A stretch of DNA of 64,000 nt. Source: a virus. The position numbers were made by a program, and so were the translations under genes. Positions 11,884 to 23,604 of the stretch are shown one piece after another (the first letter of the stretch is position 1; every line of letters begins with the position of its first letter). The notes beneath the pieces are model-generated. The model ran no database searches, had not been told where the DNA came from, and worked only from the letters and a program-made list of their open reading frames with translations. The DNA is taken from IMG/VR virus record IMGVR_UViG_3300002641_001608. One strand, written 5' to 3'.

Positions 11884-12838
11884 ATGCAAACATACAATAG
11901 AAATAATGTACACGGATATTATAGTACAGTTTATGAAAATTTACGTACAAAAAAAGATGCAGAAGGGAATATAATAGACCCAACATACTCAGCTCCTGCA
12001 GGGTATAATGGTCTTACTGGGTTTAAAAAATGGGAATGTTATATGTTAGTTAAATTTGGTAATAATGGTAACTTCAATAAAAAGGGTGATGACCAATATT
12101 TATTAGAATTACCATTATATCCAGACCAAGTTACAGAAAGTATTTCAGCTGAATGGGCTACACAAAAAGTTTTAGGCAGGTCAGCACCTTTATCAGCATA
12201 TGCGGGAACAAGCTTAAAATCAGTAAATTTTAGTTTAGATTTACATAGAGATTTGCTTACAGGTAGTTTTTCTTTGGATGAAAATGAGGCTAAAGCTTTA
12301 GGATTTACTGGTAATCGAGCTTATACAAATAATACAGATGGATATCCTGCAATTAAAGATTATACACAATTAGCTGGACATCAAAAACAGACAGCTGCTG
12401 GACCATTTGCTACAAGAACTTGGTATGTAAATGCTAATAAAATGTTTCAAATAGCTTGTTATCCACAGTATACATCAAAAGGTTTAGTACCACCAACAAC
12501 TTATTTTGTGTTTGGACAAATGATATTAAAAGGATATATAACAAGTTATCAAACAGAATGGAAAAAACCAATTATAAATACATTTTATGGATGGAACAGT
12601 GTTAGTATTTCTATGGAATGCTACCCAGATAGTATAATTTCAGCTAAAGATATTATTACAAATAATAAAACTGGTACAGCAAGTACTCAAAATACATATA
12701 ACACAAAATATCCTAGCAATGTTAATATGAATAGTAATGTTATGAACAGGTCAGATACAATGAATAGAAGTAATGCTAGAACAGTTGCTGCAGGGTCAGC
12801 TAATGGTACTCCACGGAGGACAAGTATCTGATACATAA
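11884..12838 (+). CDS. baseplate/tail-tube-initiator-like protein, one +1 shift at CGG 12814
   Basis: C-terminus continues GTP-(C)-GGQVSDT*; position in baseplate operon. Confidence 0.5.
12814..12816 (+). other. in-frame CGG +1 shift site (CCA CGG A)
   Basis: Changes C-terminus to TPGGQVSDT. Confidence 0.75.
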
Positions 12839-12851
12839 GTAGGAGGTAAAA

Positions 12852-13271
12852 ATGGCTAAAAAAACACAATTTTCATCTGAATATAACTTAGATTTATCGC
12901 CAGTATATTTAACTGGTAGTAGAGATGTTTTTTATGGTGTTGAATATCTACCCGAAATAATTTATGAAAATGCTTGTAGATATAAAAATTTAAGAACAAT
13001 AAAAGATGAGTATACAAATAATATACATCACGAAAGTTGGAAAAAGTATACAGTACGCAGTTCCAATGAAGATGAATATTATACTGTTTCAAATGTGGAT
13101 GAAGGTAGATTAGATATAATTGCGTATAATTTTTATGGAACGCCTAGATTTTGGTGGGTTATTGCATTAGCAAATGAAATTATTGACCCATTTGATATAC
13201 CTGTAGGAACTACATTAAGAATACCACCTAAGCATTCTCTATATTTATCGGGAGGTGTATTAAGTGGCTAG
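12852..13271 (+). CDS. baseplate wedge protein, gp53-like
   Basis: YNFYGTPRFWWVIALANEIIDPFDIPVGTTLRIP. Confidence 0.7.
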   Translation: MAKKTQFSSEYNLDLSPVYLTGSRDVFYGVEYLPEIIYENACRYKNLRTIKDEYTNNIHHESWKKYTVRSSNEDEYYTVSNVDEGRLDIIAYNFYGTPRFWWVIALANEIIDPFDIPVGTTLRIPPKHSLYLSGGVLSG

Positions 13272-14904
13272 TTATACAAGTAGAAATAGAGTAGATATAA
13301 CATCTACTGTAGACAGTAAAGCATTACTGAAACGTTACGAAAATATGTTATCAAATGTAACAAATATGATTAATAAAGATGGATATATATATAGTGTGTG
13401 GATATATTTTCAAATAGGATTAAAAGATAAAAATGCCATAACGTTTAATACAGCATCAACAAATCCTAAACAAAATTTAATAGCAAGTTTAAATATTGAT
13501 AAGACTGGTGCTGGGGTTGCTAATTCTTTTACATTAGTTATTCAATATGACCCATTCAACTATGGTCAAGATACAACAGATGATATTGAAAAATTAGAAG
13601 AATTTATTGCAACTGCAATGTCTGAAGATTTTGATAGTGCTAACACATCTTGTAGAGGTAAACTTCAATATGGTTATAATTCTACATCTGATAGTAATTT
13701 GGTGTCACCATTATATGAATTTTTTCTAACATCTGCTAGTACAAATGTTAAATTTGATAGTGGTATTGTTACTTACACATTTACAGGAACATCAACAATA
13801 GCAGCAGATTGTGATTATACAACATCATATCCTGCTGTTAAACAGAAAAAGGTTTTACAAGTTGTCGGTGAAACATTATATAAATATTATGGAGATAGTA
13901 CAAAAAAACCATCATTTATAACTGATGAAACAATTGTGCCAGAGGATAATGATTATAAATATATAATAGATATAGACCCAAATCTAATAGAAAAATCTGT
14001 AGAAATTGATTATGATGAAGTTAAGTCTGATACAATGTCTCCTATAGTGTATTGTAAAACTTTATTAGATGCAAATCCATTAACACAAGAAGAAAAAGAT
14101 AGTGGTTTGTATGATGACCTAGATGAAAAAAGTATAAATTTACAGCCAAGATGGGTTATAAGTATAACTGACCAAAGTGGGGCTTCTGCAATTCACATAG
14201 CTCACGCAGTACCTAAAAGTTCTAAAGTTGGCAAAACAGAAACATACACAGAAAAAAGTGATTTAAAGATTAATTATAAATTTACTTGGGGAGTTCGCTC
14301 TTCATCTGGTTCTGTTGTAAAAAGTATAGTACTTGGATGGAACCCTGAAGTAGACTTATACACATATTTAATAAGAAAATCACTGTTTAAAAGGCAAGCT
14401 AGACTAAAGGAATTAGCAGACCAAGAAACAGAAACAAATGGTCCATATAAACAAAAGTATGATGAAGTTGTAAAATCTATAAAAGATGATTTAAGAGAAA
14501 TGTATAATGCAGAATTGCAATTAATCGGAATACCTGCCGACCCACCATTAACAGCTGAAATAGAAATTCATCCAAAAATATTAGAAAATGAAAGTAGAAC
14601 GGCGGGCATATATATGATAACAGGTGCTACAGATAGTATTAGTACACAAGGCACCTATACATCAATACTAAAATTATTTAGACTGAGAAGTACTGATGCA
14701 AACTTAGTGGAACAAAATAATACTAAAGAAGATACAGGAAATGCAACTGTATATACAACATCAACAGCACCAGCAGGGTTTGTGGGACCCGTATTACCCG
14801 ATAAAAATTCTAAACAGGCAAGTTCAAACTCATATGTTAGAACAAAGCAACCTTCAGAAATAGAGAAAGTATTGGCAAATGGAGGATTTAAATTAATGCA
14901 ATAG
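13264..14904 (+). CDS. baseplate/tail structural protein
   Basis: Intact 546-aa ORF in baseplate cluster. Confidence 0.5.
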   Translation: MASYTSRNRVDITSTVDSKALLKRYENMLSNVTNMINKDGYIYSVWIYFQIGLKDKNAITFNTASTNPKQNLIASLNIDKTGAGVANSFTLVIQYDPFNYGQDTTDDIEKLEEFIATAMSEDFDSANTSCRGKLQYGYNSTSDSNLVSPLYEFFLTSASTNVKFDSGIVTYTFTGTSTIAADCDYTTSYPAVKQKKVLQVVGETLYKYYGDSTKKPSFITDETIVPEDNDYKYIIDIDPNLIEKSVEIDYDEVKSDTMSPIVYCKTLLDANPLTQEEKDSGLYDDLDEKSINLQPRWVISITDQSGASAIHIAHAVPKSSKVGKTETYTEKSDLKINYKFTWGVRSSSGSVVKSIVLGWNPEVDLYTYLIRKSLFKRQARLKELADQETETNGPYKQKYDEVVKSIKDDLREMYNAELQLIGIPADPPLTAEIEIHPKILENESRTAGIYMITGATDSISTQGTYTSILKLFRLRSTDANLVEQNNTKEDTGNATVYTTSTAPAGFVGPVLPDKNSKQASSNSYVRTKQPSEIEKVLANGGFKLMQ

Positions 14905-14924
14905 ATTTGTGAGGTGAATATATA

Positions 14925-16916
14925 ATGATAATAGCAGATAAATCATCATATAGTAGTGATATATATTATGGAATTGTAGTAAATACGTCATCATCTGATG
15001 ACCCTGAAGGATTAGATAGAATTCAAATATACATACCATCAGTCCAATATGAATATGCTAATAGATACGAAGAATATATGAATTCAAGCAATAAAACAGA
15101 ATTAGAAGATTTTGGAGCATATCCGTGGGCATCAACTTTGGTAAGTGGTCTTTCTGTAGGAGATGCCATATATGGTGGACATATAGATAATGATAATAGC
15201 AAATATATAATTCTAGGAGTTGAGGGAGGCTCTGATACAGGTAGTGGAGATAACAACAATGATAATGGTAATGATGGTGGTGACATAAATAATTTAACAA
15301 GTGAGAAATTAATGGATTTAATAATGCCAATTATAATGCGTAATGAAGTTGGAATTACAGACTATAGTGCTTGGGGTAAAGACACTATACCAACTAGTTA
15401 TTATACAAATATAACTTTACACGATGGGTCTTCTACAAATTGTTGGGCTATTGGATTAATTCAATGGAATGGAGCTAATGCATTTGATACATTATATCGA
15501 TGTGCAAAAGCGTGTGGAAATGATTGGACAAAGGATTTTCCGAAATCTGATAATTTATATAAAGATATAAAGAATGCTATAAGTGATGGTAGTTCATCTA
15601 AATACAGAACTAAATATTGTAAAAATTATAATCCAACTGAAGGTGGAACTTTATATAAAGCTATAAAAAAGGTACTAGGATATGACAAAGCTAAAAAAGC
15701 TCAGAGGGATTTAGCTGTAGAATACATAGCAAAAATAACTGATATGTTACAAGATAAAGGAGTTGATAATCCAGCTATACTAATTTATTTAGCTGACTTA
15801 ATGAACCAATATGGTACAGGTCTATCTAATACTATAAAGACTGCTGTTAATGCTTGTAAAAAATCTAAATTGAATTATATGCAACAATTGGATTTAGTTG
15901 TTAAAGAAGTTAAAAAGTTTGCAACATATAATGATTATAAAAATAGGCGTGAAAGAGTTTATAAATATATTGAAAATTTATATAAAGATGGGAAATTAAC
16001 ATCTAGTTTAACCGATAAAACAGATGAAGGTTCTGATAATGATAGTACAGGAACTTATGGTTTGCCATTTAAAAAATTATATGATGTATCGTTTGGATAT
16101 CACGTTAAATATAGTAGTGGAAAACCACATAGAGGAGTTGATTTCAAATGCCCTTCTGGAACAAAATTATATGCTTGTACAGATGGCACCATTGAAAGTT
16201 ATGATAGTAACAAAGGTACAACATATGCGGGTAAGGCTAAAAGGGATACATATTGGTATGGACATTTTTGTGTAATTCACTCAACTGATGGACACACCAT
16301 ATTATATTGTCATATGAAAAAAACTGCTGGTAAAAAAGGTAAAATTAAAAAAGGTGATTATATAGGATTAAGTGATGATACAGGTAATTCTTTTGGAGCA
16401 CACTTACACTTAGAAATTAGAACATCAGATACATATGGTACAGAAGTGGACCCTATGCCATTTTTAGGTTTAGATAAAAATGGTAAAAAATTACCAGCTC
16501 AAAAATCATCTACTAAAGGTTCAGAAGTAGTAAAGTATGCGAAGAGCTTTATAGGTAAAGCTAACTATGTATATGGTGCACAAGATAGCCAAGCACCGAA
16601 TACTTTTGATTGTGCTAGTTTTACTAAATATGTTTATAAAAAATTTAAATACACTCTACATAGACCAGCTTGTGACCAAGCTAGATATGATGGAACAAGT
16701 ATTGCTACTTCGAAATTACAAGCAGGTGATTTAATATTTTATAAAGGTAATTCAAGTAGATGGAAAAGTATAGGTCACGTTGCTATTTATTGTGGTAATA
16801 ATCAAATAGTGCACGCAGCAAACTCCAAAAGAGGTGTGACAACAGATACTACGTCTAGTGGATATTATTCAGTTACAGGCTCTAAATTTGTTATGGCAGT
16901 TAGAGTATTAAAATAA
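14925..16916 (+). CDS. tail hub protein with tail-lysozyme-like, M23 peptidase-like and NlpC/P60-like domains
   Basis: gp5-like N-term; ITDYSAWGKDTIPTS..GLIQWNG; HRGVDFKCPSGT..HLHLEIR (M23); NTFDCASFTKYVYKKF..AGDLIFY..GHVAIYCGNNQIVHA (NlpC/P60). Confidence 0.85.
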   Translation: MIIADKSSYSSDIYYGIVVNTSSSDDPEGLDRIQIYIPSVQYEYANRYEEYMNSSNKTELEDFGAYPWASTLVSGLSVGDAIYGGHIDNDNSKYIILGVEGGSDTGSGDNNNDNGNDGGDINNLTSEKLMDLIMPIIMRNEVGITDYSAWGKDTIPTSYYTNITLHDGSSTNCWAIGLIQWNGANAFDTLYRCAKACGNDWTKDFPKSDNLYKDIKNAISDGSSSKYRTKYCKNYNPTEGGTLYKAIKKVLGYDKAKKAQRDLAVEYIAKITDMLQDKGVDNPAILIYLADLMNQYGTGLSNTIKTAVNACKKSKLNYMQQLDLVVKEVKKFATYNDYKNRRERVYKYIENLYKDGKLTSSLTDKTDEGSDNDSTGTYGLPFKKLYDVSFGYHVKYSSGKPHRGVDFKCPSGTKLYACTDGTIESYDSNKGTTYAGKAKRDTYWYGHFCVIHSTDGHTILYCHMKKTAGKKGKIKKGDYIGLSDDTGNSFGAHLHLEIRTSDTYGTEVDPMPFLGLDKNGKKLPAQKSSTKGSEVVKYAKSFIGKANYVYGAQDSQAPNTFDCASFTKYVYKKFKYTLHRPACDQARYDGTSIATSKLQAGDLIFYKGNSSRWKSIGHVAIYCGNNQIVHAANSKRGVTTDTTSSGYYSVTGSKFVMAVRVLK

Positions 16917-16928
16917 TGGAGGTATACT

Positions 16929-17316
16929 ATGAAACAAACAACGTTTAGTTTTCCCCAATTTATAAATAGGGAGACAAAAAAAGTAGAATTATCTACAAAT
17001 ACTAAATCTATTAATGAATGTCTAGGAATTTTACTAAGAACTAGACCTCGGAGAACTTCTAGGTGACCCTGAGTGGGGTTGTAATTTAATAGATAGGGTA
17101 TTTCAATATAATGGTGTTATAATAGATGAATTAATTAGAGAAGACATTTTAAATGCTGTAGCTAAGTATGAACCTCGAATAATAATGCGTAGTGATGATA
17201 TAACATTAGTAAATGATATACAAGTGTTACATATTTACATCACTTATACAATAAAAGAAACTGGAGAAATTAATGAATATAATTTAGATATAACACCAGA
17301 TGATAACCAATTCTAA
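16929..17316 (+). CDS. baseplate wedge gp25/GPW-like protein, one +1 shift at CGG 17049
   Basis: ...TKTRP-(C)-GELLGDPEWGCNLIDRVFQYNGVIIDE; not present in the supplied ORF track. Confidence 0.85.
17049..17051 (+). other. in-frame CGG +1 shift site (CCU CGG A)
   Basis: Restores gp25-like RPGELLGDPEWG. Confidence 0.92.
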
Positions 17317-17395
17317 AATTAGTAAAATATTATTGAGTATAATTATCAATAATATTTTATTTTTATAAAAATATTATAAGAAAGGTAGATAAAAT

Positions 17396-19617
17396 ATGAA
17401 CAATGCAATTAATACCATAACACAAAGTGAATATTCAGCTTTGAGGATTGCTTACACAGATAAAGACTATATCAATATATTAGATGATTTAATTAATTCA
17501 ATACAAGGTATTACACAAAAATGGAATACCACTGACGAAAATGATGTAGGTATGGTCTTAGTTAAGTTAATGGCAATGCTAGGAGATATGTTATTTTATA
17601 ATATGGATATGCAAGCTTTGGAGGTTTATCCTAATACTGTAACAGAACGTAAAAATGCTGCGGCAATATATAGACTTATTGGATATAAGATGAGGTGGTA
17701 TAGGTCGGCTACAACACAAGCAAATATAATAAATACATATACAAATTCAGCTACAATACCAAGATTTTGTACATTTACAACTAATAATGGTAATATAACA
17801 TACTGTACATTTTCACAATATGAAGTATCATCAAATACTACTAATAATGGATTTGAGACACTGATTGATTTAGTTCAAGGTAAACCAATAACACCTAATA
17901 GAGTGACAAGTAATCCATATCCAGAGGCAGGTAAAGACTGGCATACTATATATGGATATAATTACACTATAGATGATTTGGTTAATAATAAGATATATTT
18001 ACCTTATAGAAATGTTGACCAAGACCACTTAATTTTAATTGATGATAGTGGTGAAACTTGGGAGTTGAGAGAAAGTATCTATGATACCACAGCGGTAGGA
18101 AGATTTTTTGAATTCGGTGTAGATGTTAATGACAATCCATATGTAGAATTAGTTGATTATTGGGGCAATTTTAATATAACTAAATTTAAATTGTTTTATA
18201 TTGTAAGTGATGGTGAAGAAGGTCAGATTTATGCTGATACATTAACGAAAGTTACAGGAAATGTTTGGAGTAGAACAGGTACAGGAAGTAATACATCTAT
18301 TTATAATGTTAATAGTTTTATTAATATAAATGAACAGTATGCTAGTTCACTTGGTTTTAATCCTGAAACTCCTGATGAAGCTAGAAAAAATAGTGCATAT
18401 TATATTAATACATTAGACACATTAATAACATTAAGTGACTTTGAAAAAGCTACAATGAGAGAATTAGGTGTAGCAAATGTTAGAGCAACTGATTTAACAA
18501 ATGACCCACGGTGAAAAGAAAACATTTTATTTAGGTGATTTAAATCAAGATACAAATATAGATGAAGATGATTATAGTATATTAGCAAATTATATAAATG
18601 ACCCAATTAGTAATCCATTATCCTCTTATCAAATGCAATTGGCTGATTTAAATCAAGATGGTTTAGTAGATAGTGCTGATTTAGCTTGCCTAAGAGCATT
18701 TCTTGACAGTGAACCAGAACAACAGATTGATGGTTCTTACATTTGTACGAACTTGGCTGAAGCTGGTGGTACAGGAACTATGACAGCAACGACCATAGAA
18801 TTACTAAATGGATTTACAGTTAAATTATATATTTTAAGAACAGATGAATATGAAGATACTGATGACGAAAGTAATGGTGAATTTGATGATGCCTATGTGT
18901 CAATGATAATTTCTGACTTACAAGAATATAAAGTTTTACCTATTGATATAGTAGTTGAATTACACGCTATTGGAAGATATTATTGGTCGTTAAAAGGTAG
19001 ATTTATAACAAAACAACCTTTATCTCGAAATGAATTACAAAATATATTGGTTAGTATAAATAGAGTATTAAAATACAATTACTCAATAGAAAAAGTTAAT
19101 TTTAATGAATTACCTAATTATAGAGAGGTAATTACACAAATATTGGGAGTTGATAGCAGAATACTTATGGTTGATTTAGAACCAATAACATATATGGATA
19201 GTGAGGGCAATGAAGTCTCTAAGGAAAGAATAACAGGTAAGTATACACAAGTAGTACCAAAATTAGAAAATGAAGAAGAGTATAATAACTTACATTATAC
19301 ATTTACATTAGAAAATGCTCCAATATTACCTCGGTTCTCTTGCTATAAGAATAAATGGTGGAGAATATGTATTTAGAGATAACAATAATGGTGAAATATA
19401 CAATGATAGTGGTATGTTAAGTCAAAGAGGTAAAATCAATTATATAACAGGAGATATAGATATTGAATTTGTATCTGCTGATACAGTTGTAGAAGATATA
19501 CAAGTAGATTATACTAAAAATGAAGCTAATATTGTTTCATATACAAATTTAAACACAGAAGAATTTACATTTGATGCTTCTTCTATGGAAGCTGCAGATG
19601 TAGAAGTTATGTATTAA
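17396..19617 (+). CDS. baseplate wedge protein (gp6/gpJ-like) with embedded dockerin-like module, two +1 shifts at CGG 18509 and 19332
   Basis: ATDLTNDP-(C)-GEKKTFYLGDLNQDTNIDEDDY...ADLNQDGLVDSADL; NAPILP-(C)-GSLAIRINGGEYVFRD. Confidence 0.75.
18509..18511 (+). other. in-frame CGG +1 shift site (CCA CGG U)
   Basis: CGG followed directly by in-frame TGA. Confidence 0.92.
19332..19334 (+). other. in-frame CGG +1 shift site (CCU CGG U)
   Basis: Joins ORF 18501 and ORF 19315. Confidence 0.9.
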
Positions 19618-19632
19618 TAGGGGGTAAATATT

Positions 19633-20100
19633 ATGTCAAATTTTTTTAAGGATATAAGATTAAATAATATGCCATCAAATATGGCTTTAGCATTAGATGA
19701 AAATGGAATTATAAAAACAACAAATGTTAATATAAATGATATAGCATCAGCATCAGAAACACAAAACACTTTAAATATAATAAATACGAATATCCAAAAT
19801 GTAACTAATTTATTAAATAACTCAGTTAGTAATATATCAAATAATATTAATAATTTAACAACTCACGTGGATGATATTGAGATTAATGTTTCAAATTTAC
19901 AGGAAGGTTTAAACAATACTAATCAAAATGTAAGTAATATAGTTGTTGATATTACTAATATAAATTCATCTATGAACACTATGAATAATGGTATGAACAC
20001 TATGAACATAAATATATCAAATTTAGATAATAGAGTATCTGCATTGGAGAATGCAACAAATGAAATATCAAGTAGATTATCAAATATAAATGGTGAATAA
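19633..20100 (+). CDS. coiled-coil repeat fibre/linker protein
   Basis: Repeats of NI.N..NN.V.N..N..ISN. Confidence 0.6.
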   Translation: MSNFFKDIRLNNMPSNMALALDENGIIKTTNVNINDIASASETQNTLNIINTNIQNVTNLLNNSVSNISNNINNLTTHVDDIEINVSNLQEGLNNTNQNVSNIVVDITNINSSMNTMNNGMNTMNINISNLDNRVSALENATNEISSRLSNINGE

Positions 20101-20114
20101 TGGGAGGTTAGCAG

Positions 20115-22448
20115 ATGGAAAACCAACTTGGTGAGCAACTAATTATAAAATTAAATTATCTAGATGAAACTAAAGATATAATTGCAGATGCTATAGTACA
20201 AGCTGGTGCATCTATAACATCTAAAATGACGTTTAGAGATTATGCTAAAGTTATTTCAAAGCTAAGTATGGGAGAAGTATTATTATTTAATACTAAGTCG
20301 GAAATGGATGTATATGACAGAGCTAAAAAAGATGACTTAGCAATAATTTATCGAGAAAATATTGAAAAAGTGGAAGCAGGAGATAGGGTTAGATATTTAA
20401 TATTTCCAGATAATGTTACAACTAATATAGAGATTACTACAAATTATAATATTGATATCTATAGAGCTCCCTCAGATAATGAATTATCTAAGTATGGGTC
20501 ATTTATACTAACCCCATCTTATGCTGAATTTATATTGGGAACAAATGGAAATGATTGTTATGTTACATATGTCTCAGAAGATGGAATTAATTATAGTAGA
20601 GTAACCTCAGTTACAAATCCATATGATATAGAACAATATATATACATACCATCACAGTTTTATTATTCTAATATTGTATCAGAATTTTTCAAAACTGTGT
20701 GGTGTGAATTTGAAGGTATATATAAATATAATGGTAATAATTGGTTATTAGTTCCAACACAATTTACAGCCGAAAATACAAATCAATTACTAACAGATAT
20801 ATCAGCTTATGGTACAAATGGTTTAATTACAGGAGATGGTACATATATCTCAAATATAAAAATTAGTGAGTATATTGCAAAATATTTACCATCATTACAA
20901 AACAATACAACTAAATTTGATGTTATACAATATGGCACTAAAGTTAAACCTATGGAATTTGTACAAAGAGAACAAATAAGTACATCTATTGCATTTAGTG
21001 AAACTTCTAATACTGATTGCATTGTTCAAACAACAGATTGTAGTAGTGTTTCTGTTAATACAGCAGAATATGCTACATTTATAAATAATTATTTAAACTG
21101 TTCAGTAAAACAAAATTATTCGTTTTTCATAAATGATAAAGCCTATCGTCTATATTTAGGCTATAATTATAATACAATAGAACAATATAACGACTTTACT
21201 GGAAATAATCAAACAGTTCCATATCAAATGACATCTCTGTATGCATTTATAATTAATTTAGAAGATTTGAGTATATATAAAACATTTCAAAATAATGATA
21301 CGTGGTCATTTGTCAATAATGGTAGTGGTGGAAATATATTAACATATGCATATTCTGTTGCATCAGACTGCTTGGTATTAATTTCTGATATGAATGGTTG
21401 GCTACGTACTGATGGTGCATCTATTGGAAGAACAATTATACAGTCTTCTGGAACTCGTACCACATCATATTATACAGTGAATTTTTCAGGAGATTATAAT
21501 TATAAAAGTTTTACGCAATCATCATATGATAATGTAAATGATTGTTATTATTTAGCGTATAGAACATCTTCAGGGTCACAAGCATCGACTAAAAGAATAT
21601 GTAAATTGGATATGGATGGTAACTTAACATCTATATTTACAAGTAATTCAGATATGAAAAATATTGGTGTATTATGGACATCATATTTTAAAAATGTGGG
21701 TAGTTTATTATTTTATACATCTGATGATACTAATATATTATACAATTTATCTACAGGAAATTCTATCACATTGTATGGTTCAGAAATAAATGGTAGTACT
21801 TATTTTGGTATAGATAACGATAATTTATATGTATCTCATAAACTTTCAGATAGTGCTACAACATATGATTTATATGCTATAAATAAAAAAAGTCTAAATG
21901 CTACAAAAATATATGACTTACATAGTGATAATAGGTTATATGATTGTTTTTATACATATAATAGAGCCTTAGCTATATTTTATAATAATACTATAATATC
22001 AACTGAAGGAGAAGTGCTAAATCATTTTGTAAAATCATATCTAACTAATCCTAGTATAAGTGGTATAGATTATACAGATGATTACGGATTTACGTCATCG
22101 TTTATGGATTATGACTTAAATATTTCTACAGATAAAATAACAGCACTATTTCCAATTTATAAATATTTTAGATATGCAGATATTACTAAATTACCTGTAG
22201 AATGTAATTTATGTATTGTAGCAAATAATAAAACATCTACAGCTACAAATAATAGTAGTAGTTTATATAAATACCAAAGTCTGGTGTTGACTGATGTAGA
22301 ATTTAATGAAATGGATGAGGCAATTGCTTCAACAGAAAGAATACTTGGCAACTCCGACCCAAGTGATACAGCTAAATATATAAAATCATTACAAGACTTA
22401 GTAGATGATGCTCTCGAATTAACAAATGAAATTAAAGGTTTGATATAA
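20115..22448 (+). CDS. large tail fibre/adhesin-like protein
   Basis: 777-aa ORF, beta-rich, follows coiled-coil protein. Confidence 0.55.
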   Translation: MENQLGEQLIIKLNYLDETKDIIADAIVQAGASITSKMTFRDYAKVISKLSMGEVLLFNTKSEMDVYDRAKKDDLAIIYRENIEKVEAGDRVRYLIFPDNVTTNIEITTNYNIDIYRAPSDNELSKYGSFILTPSYAEFILGTNGNDCYVTYVSEDGINYSRVTSVTNPYDIEQYIYIPSQFYYSNIVSEFFKTVWCEFEGIYKYNGNNWLLVPTQFTAENTNQLLTDISAYGTNGLITGDGTYISNIKISEYIAKYLPSLQNNTTKFDVIQYGTKVKPMEFVQREQISTSIAFSETSNTDCIVQTTDCSSVSVNTAEYATFINNYLNCSVKQNYSFFINDKAYRLYLGYNYNTIEQYNDFTGNNQTVPYQMTSLYAFIINLEDLSIYKTFQNNDTWSFVNNGSGGNILTYAYSVASDCLVLISDMNGWLRTDGASIGRTIIQSSGTRTTSYYTVNFSGDYNYKSFTQSSYDNVNDCYYLAYRTSSGSQASTKRICKLDMDGNLTSIFTSNSDMKNIGVLWTSYFKNVGSLLFYTSDDTNILYNLSTGNSITLYGSEINGSTYFGIDNDNLYVSHKLSDSATTYDLYAINKKSLNATKIYDLHSDNRLYDCFYTYNRALAIFYNNTIISTEGEVLNHFVKSYLTNPSISGIDYTDDYGFTSSFMDYDLNISTDKITALFPIYKYFRYADITKLPVECNLCIVANNKTSTATNNSSSLYKYQSLVLTDVEFNEMDEAIASTERILGNSDPSDTAKYIKSLQDLVDDALELTNEIKGLI

Positions 22449-22480
22449 AATAAGAGGGTTATAATCTCTCTTATTTTATA
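22446..22480 (+). terminator. terminator-like hairpin
   Basis: aaaataagag...ctcttatttta. Confidence 0.7.
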
Positions 22481-22559
22481 TTTTATGTTCGTAAAATATT
22501 ATTGAAGAGGTATAACAAATTGCCAAGTTATATTTTGATATAATTTGGAGGTGATTTGT

Positions 22560-22814
22560 ATGAAAAAATTTAATCTCTTTAATAAGGTTAAGCAATTAAT
22601 AAAAGGTAGAGATAGGAACTTTTTGTTGCTTATTTTTTGTGTAATAAGCATAATATTAATGTGCTGTTGTATAATAAGACATATAGTAGAATATAAATGT
22701 GATTGTAATAGAATAAGCACACAGATTGAACAAAGGTTAGATAGATGTGAGGAGTTATTAAACCAGCTCAATGAAAATTATACATATTTGGAGGGTGTTT
22801 TAAATGAACATTGA
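22560..22814 (+). CDS. small membrane protein
   Basis: Hydrophobic FLLLIFCVISIILMCCCIIRHIV; spanin/holin-like position. Confidence 0.5.
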   Translation: MKKFNLFNKVKQLIKGRDRNFLLLIFCVISIILMCCCIIRHIVEYKCDCNRISTQIEQRLDRCEELLNQLNENYTYLEGVLNEH

Positions 22815-23589
22815 ATTTACTGAAGTATTAAAGGCTTTTTTAGAAGTAGGTCTATTAGGACTTTGTGCTATTATGATGATTGTCATATTCTATGAAAACC
22901 ACAGGAAAAGTAATGAAACTGATGATAAGAAGAATGCATTAATTGTAGATAATTTTAAAAGTCTAAATGCTAAAATAGATAATATGGTTAATGGTATTAC
23001 TGAGCAAAATAGAAGATTTGTTGAATTTCAAGAAAAGCAATCAGAAAAATTAATAAATGCTGTTATAAGTGGTGTTGTAAATCACGTACCTACAACAGAA
23101 GAAAGTCATAAATTAACAAATATAAGTAATGCTGTAGATAAAATATTACAAGATGTACTTTTGGAAACAAATGCAAGCAGAGCGTGTCTAGTACAATATC
23201 ATAATGGAGGAAAAGGAATTAATCAACAAGCATTTTTAAAAATGTCAATGACAAATGAAAAAACACAACTTGGGGTTAAATCAATTATGAGTGAGTGCAA
23301 AGACCAGTTTAGAAGTGCTTTAGGTTATTTTATTAATGATATAAATAATACAGGACATTGTTGTATTTTTGATAGGGATGAAATAAAAAATGTTGACATT
23401 GGAATGTATGAACTAATGTTAGTACATAATGTAGAAGCAAAGTGTGGTTATGGGATACATAATGAAGAAGGATTAGTTATAGCTTATATTGGAATTGAAT
23501 TTGAGGATAAAACAAAAGCAAATAAAAATGTTGTCAGAAAATCATTTACAGACCATTACAGAGAAGTTGAGAGATTATTGAATTTATAA
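22804..23589 (+). CDS. membrane-anchored protein
   Basis: N-terminal TM segment LGLCAIMMIVIFYE followed by coiled coil and globular domain. Confidence 0.5.
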   Translation: MNIEFTEVLKAFLEVGLLGLCAIMMIVIFYENHRKSNETDDKKNALIVDNFKSLNAKIDNMVNGITEQNRRFVEFQEKQSEKLINAVISGVVNHVPTTEESHKLTNISNAVDKILQDVLLETNASRACLVQYHNGGKGINQQAFLKMSMTNEKTQLGVKSIMSECKDQFRSALGYFINDINNTGHCCIFDRDEIKNVDIGMYELMLVHNVEAKCGYGIHNEEGLVIAYIGIEFEDKTKANKNVVRKSFTDHYREVERLLNL

Positions 23590-23604
23590 AGGCGGTTATA
23601 TAAT

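Noticed and set aside
23590-23597. CGG in ggcggttatataatg before the peptidase gene
   Set aside because: Intergenic, not translated. Same for CGG at 3117, 25477-25500 and 53731.
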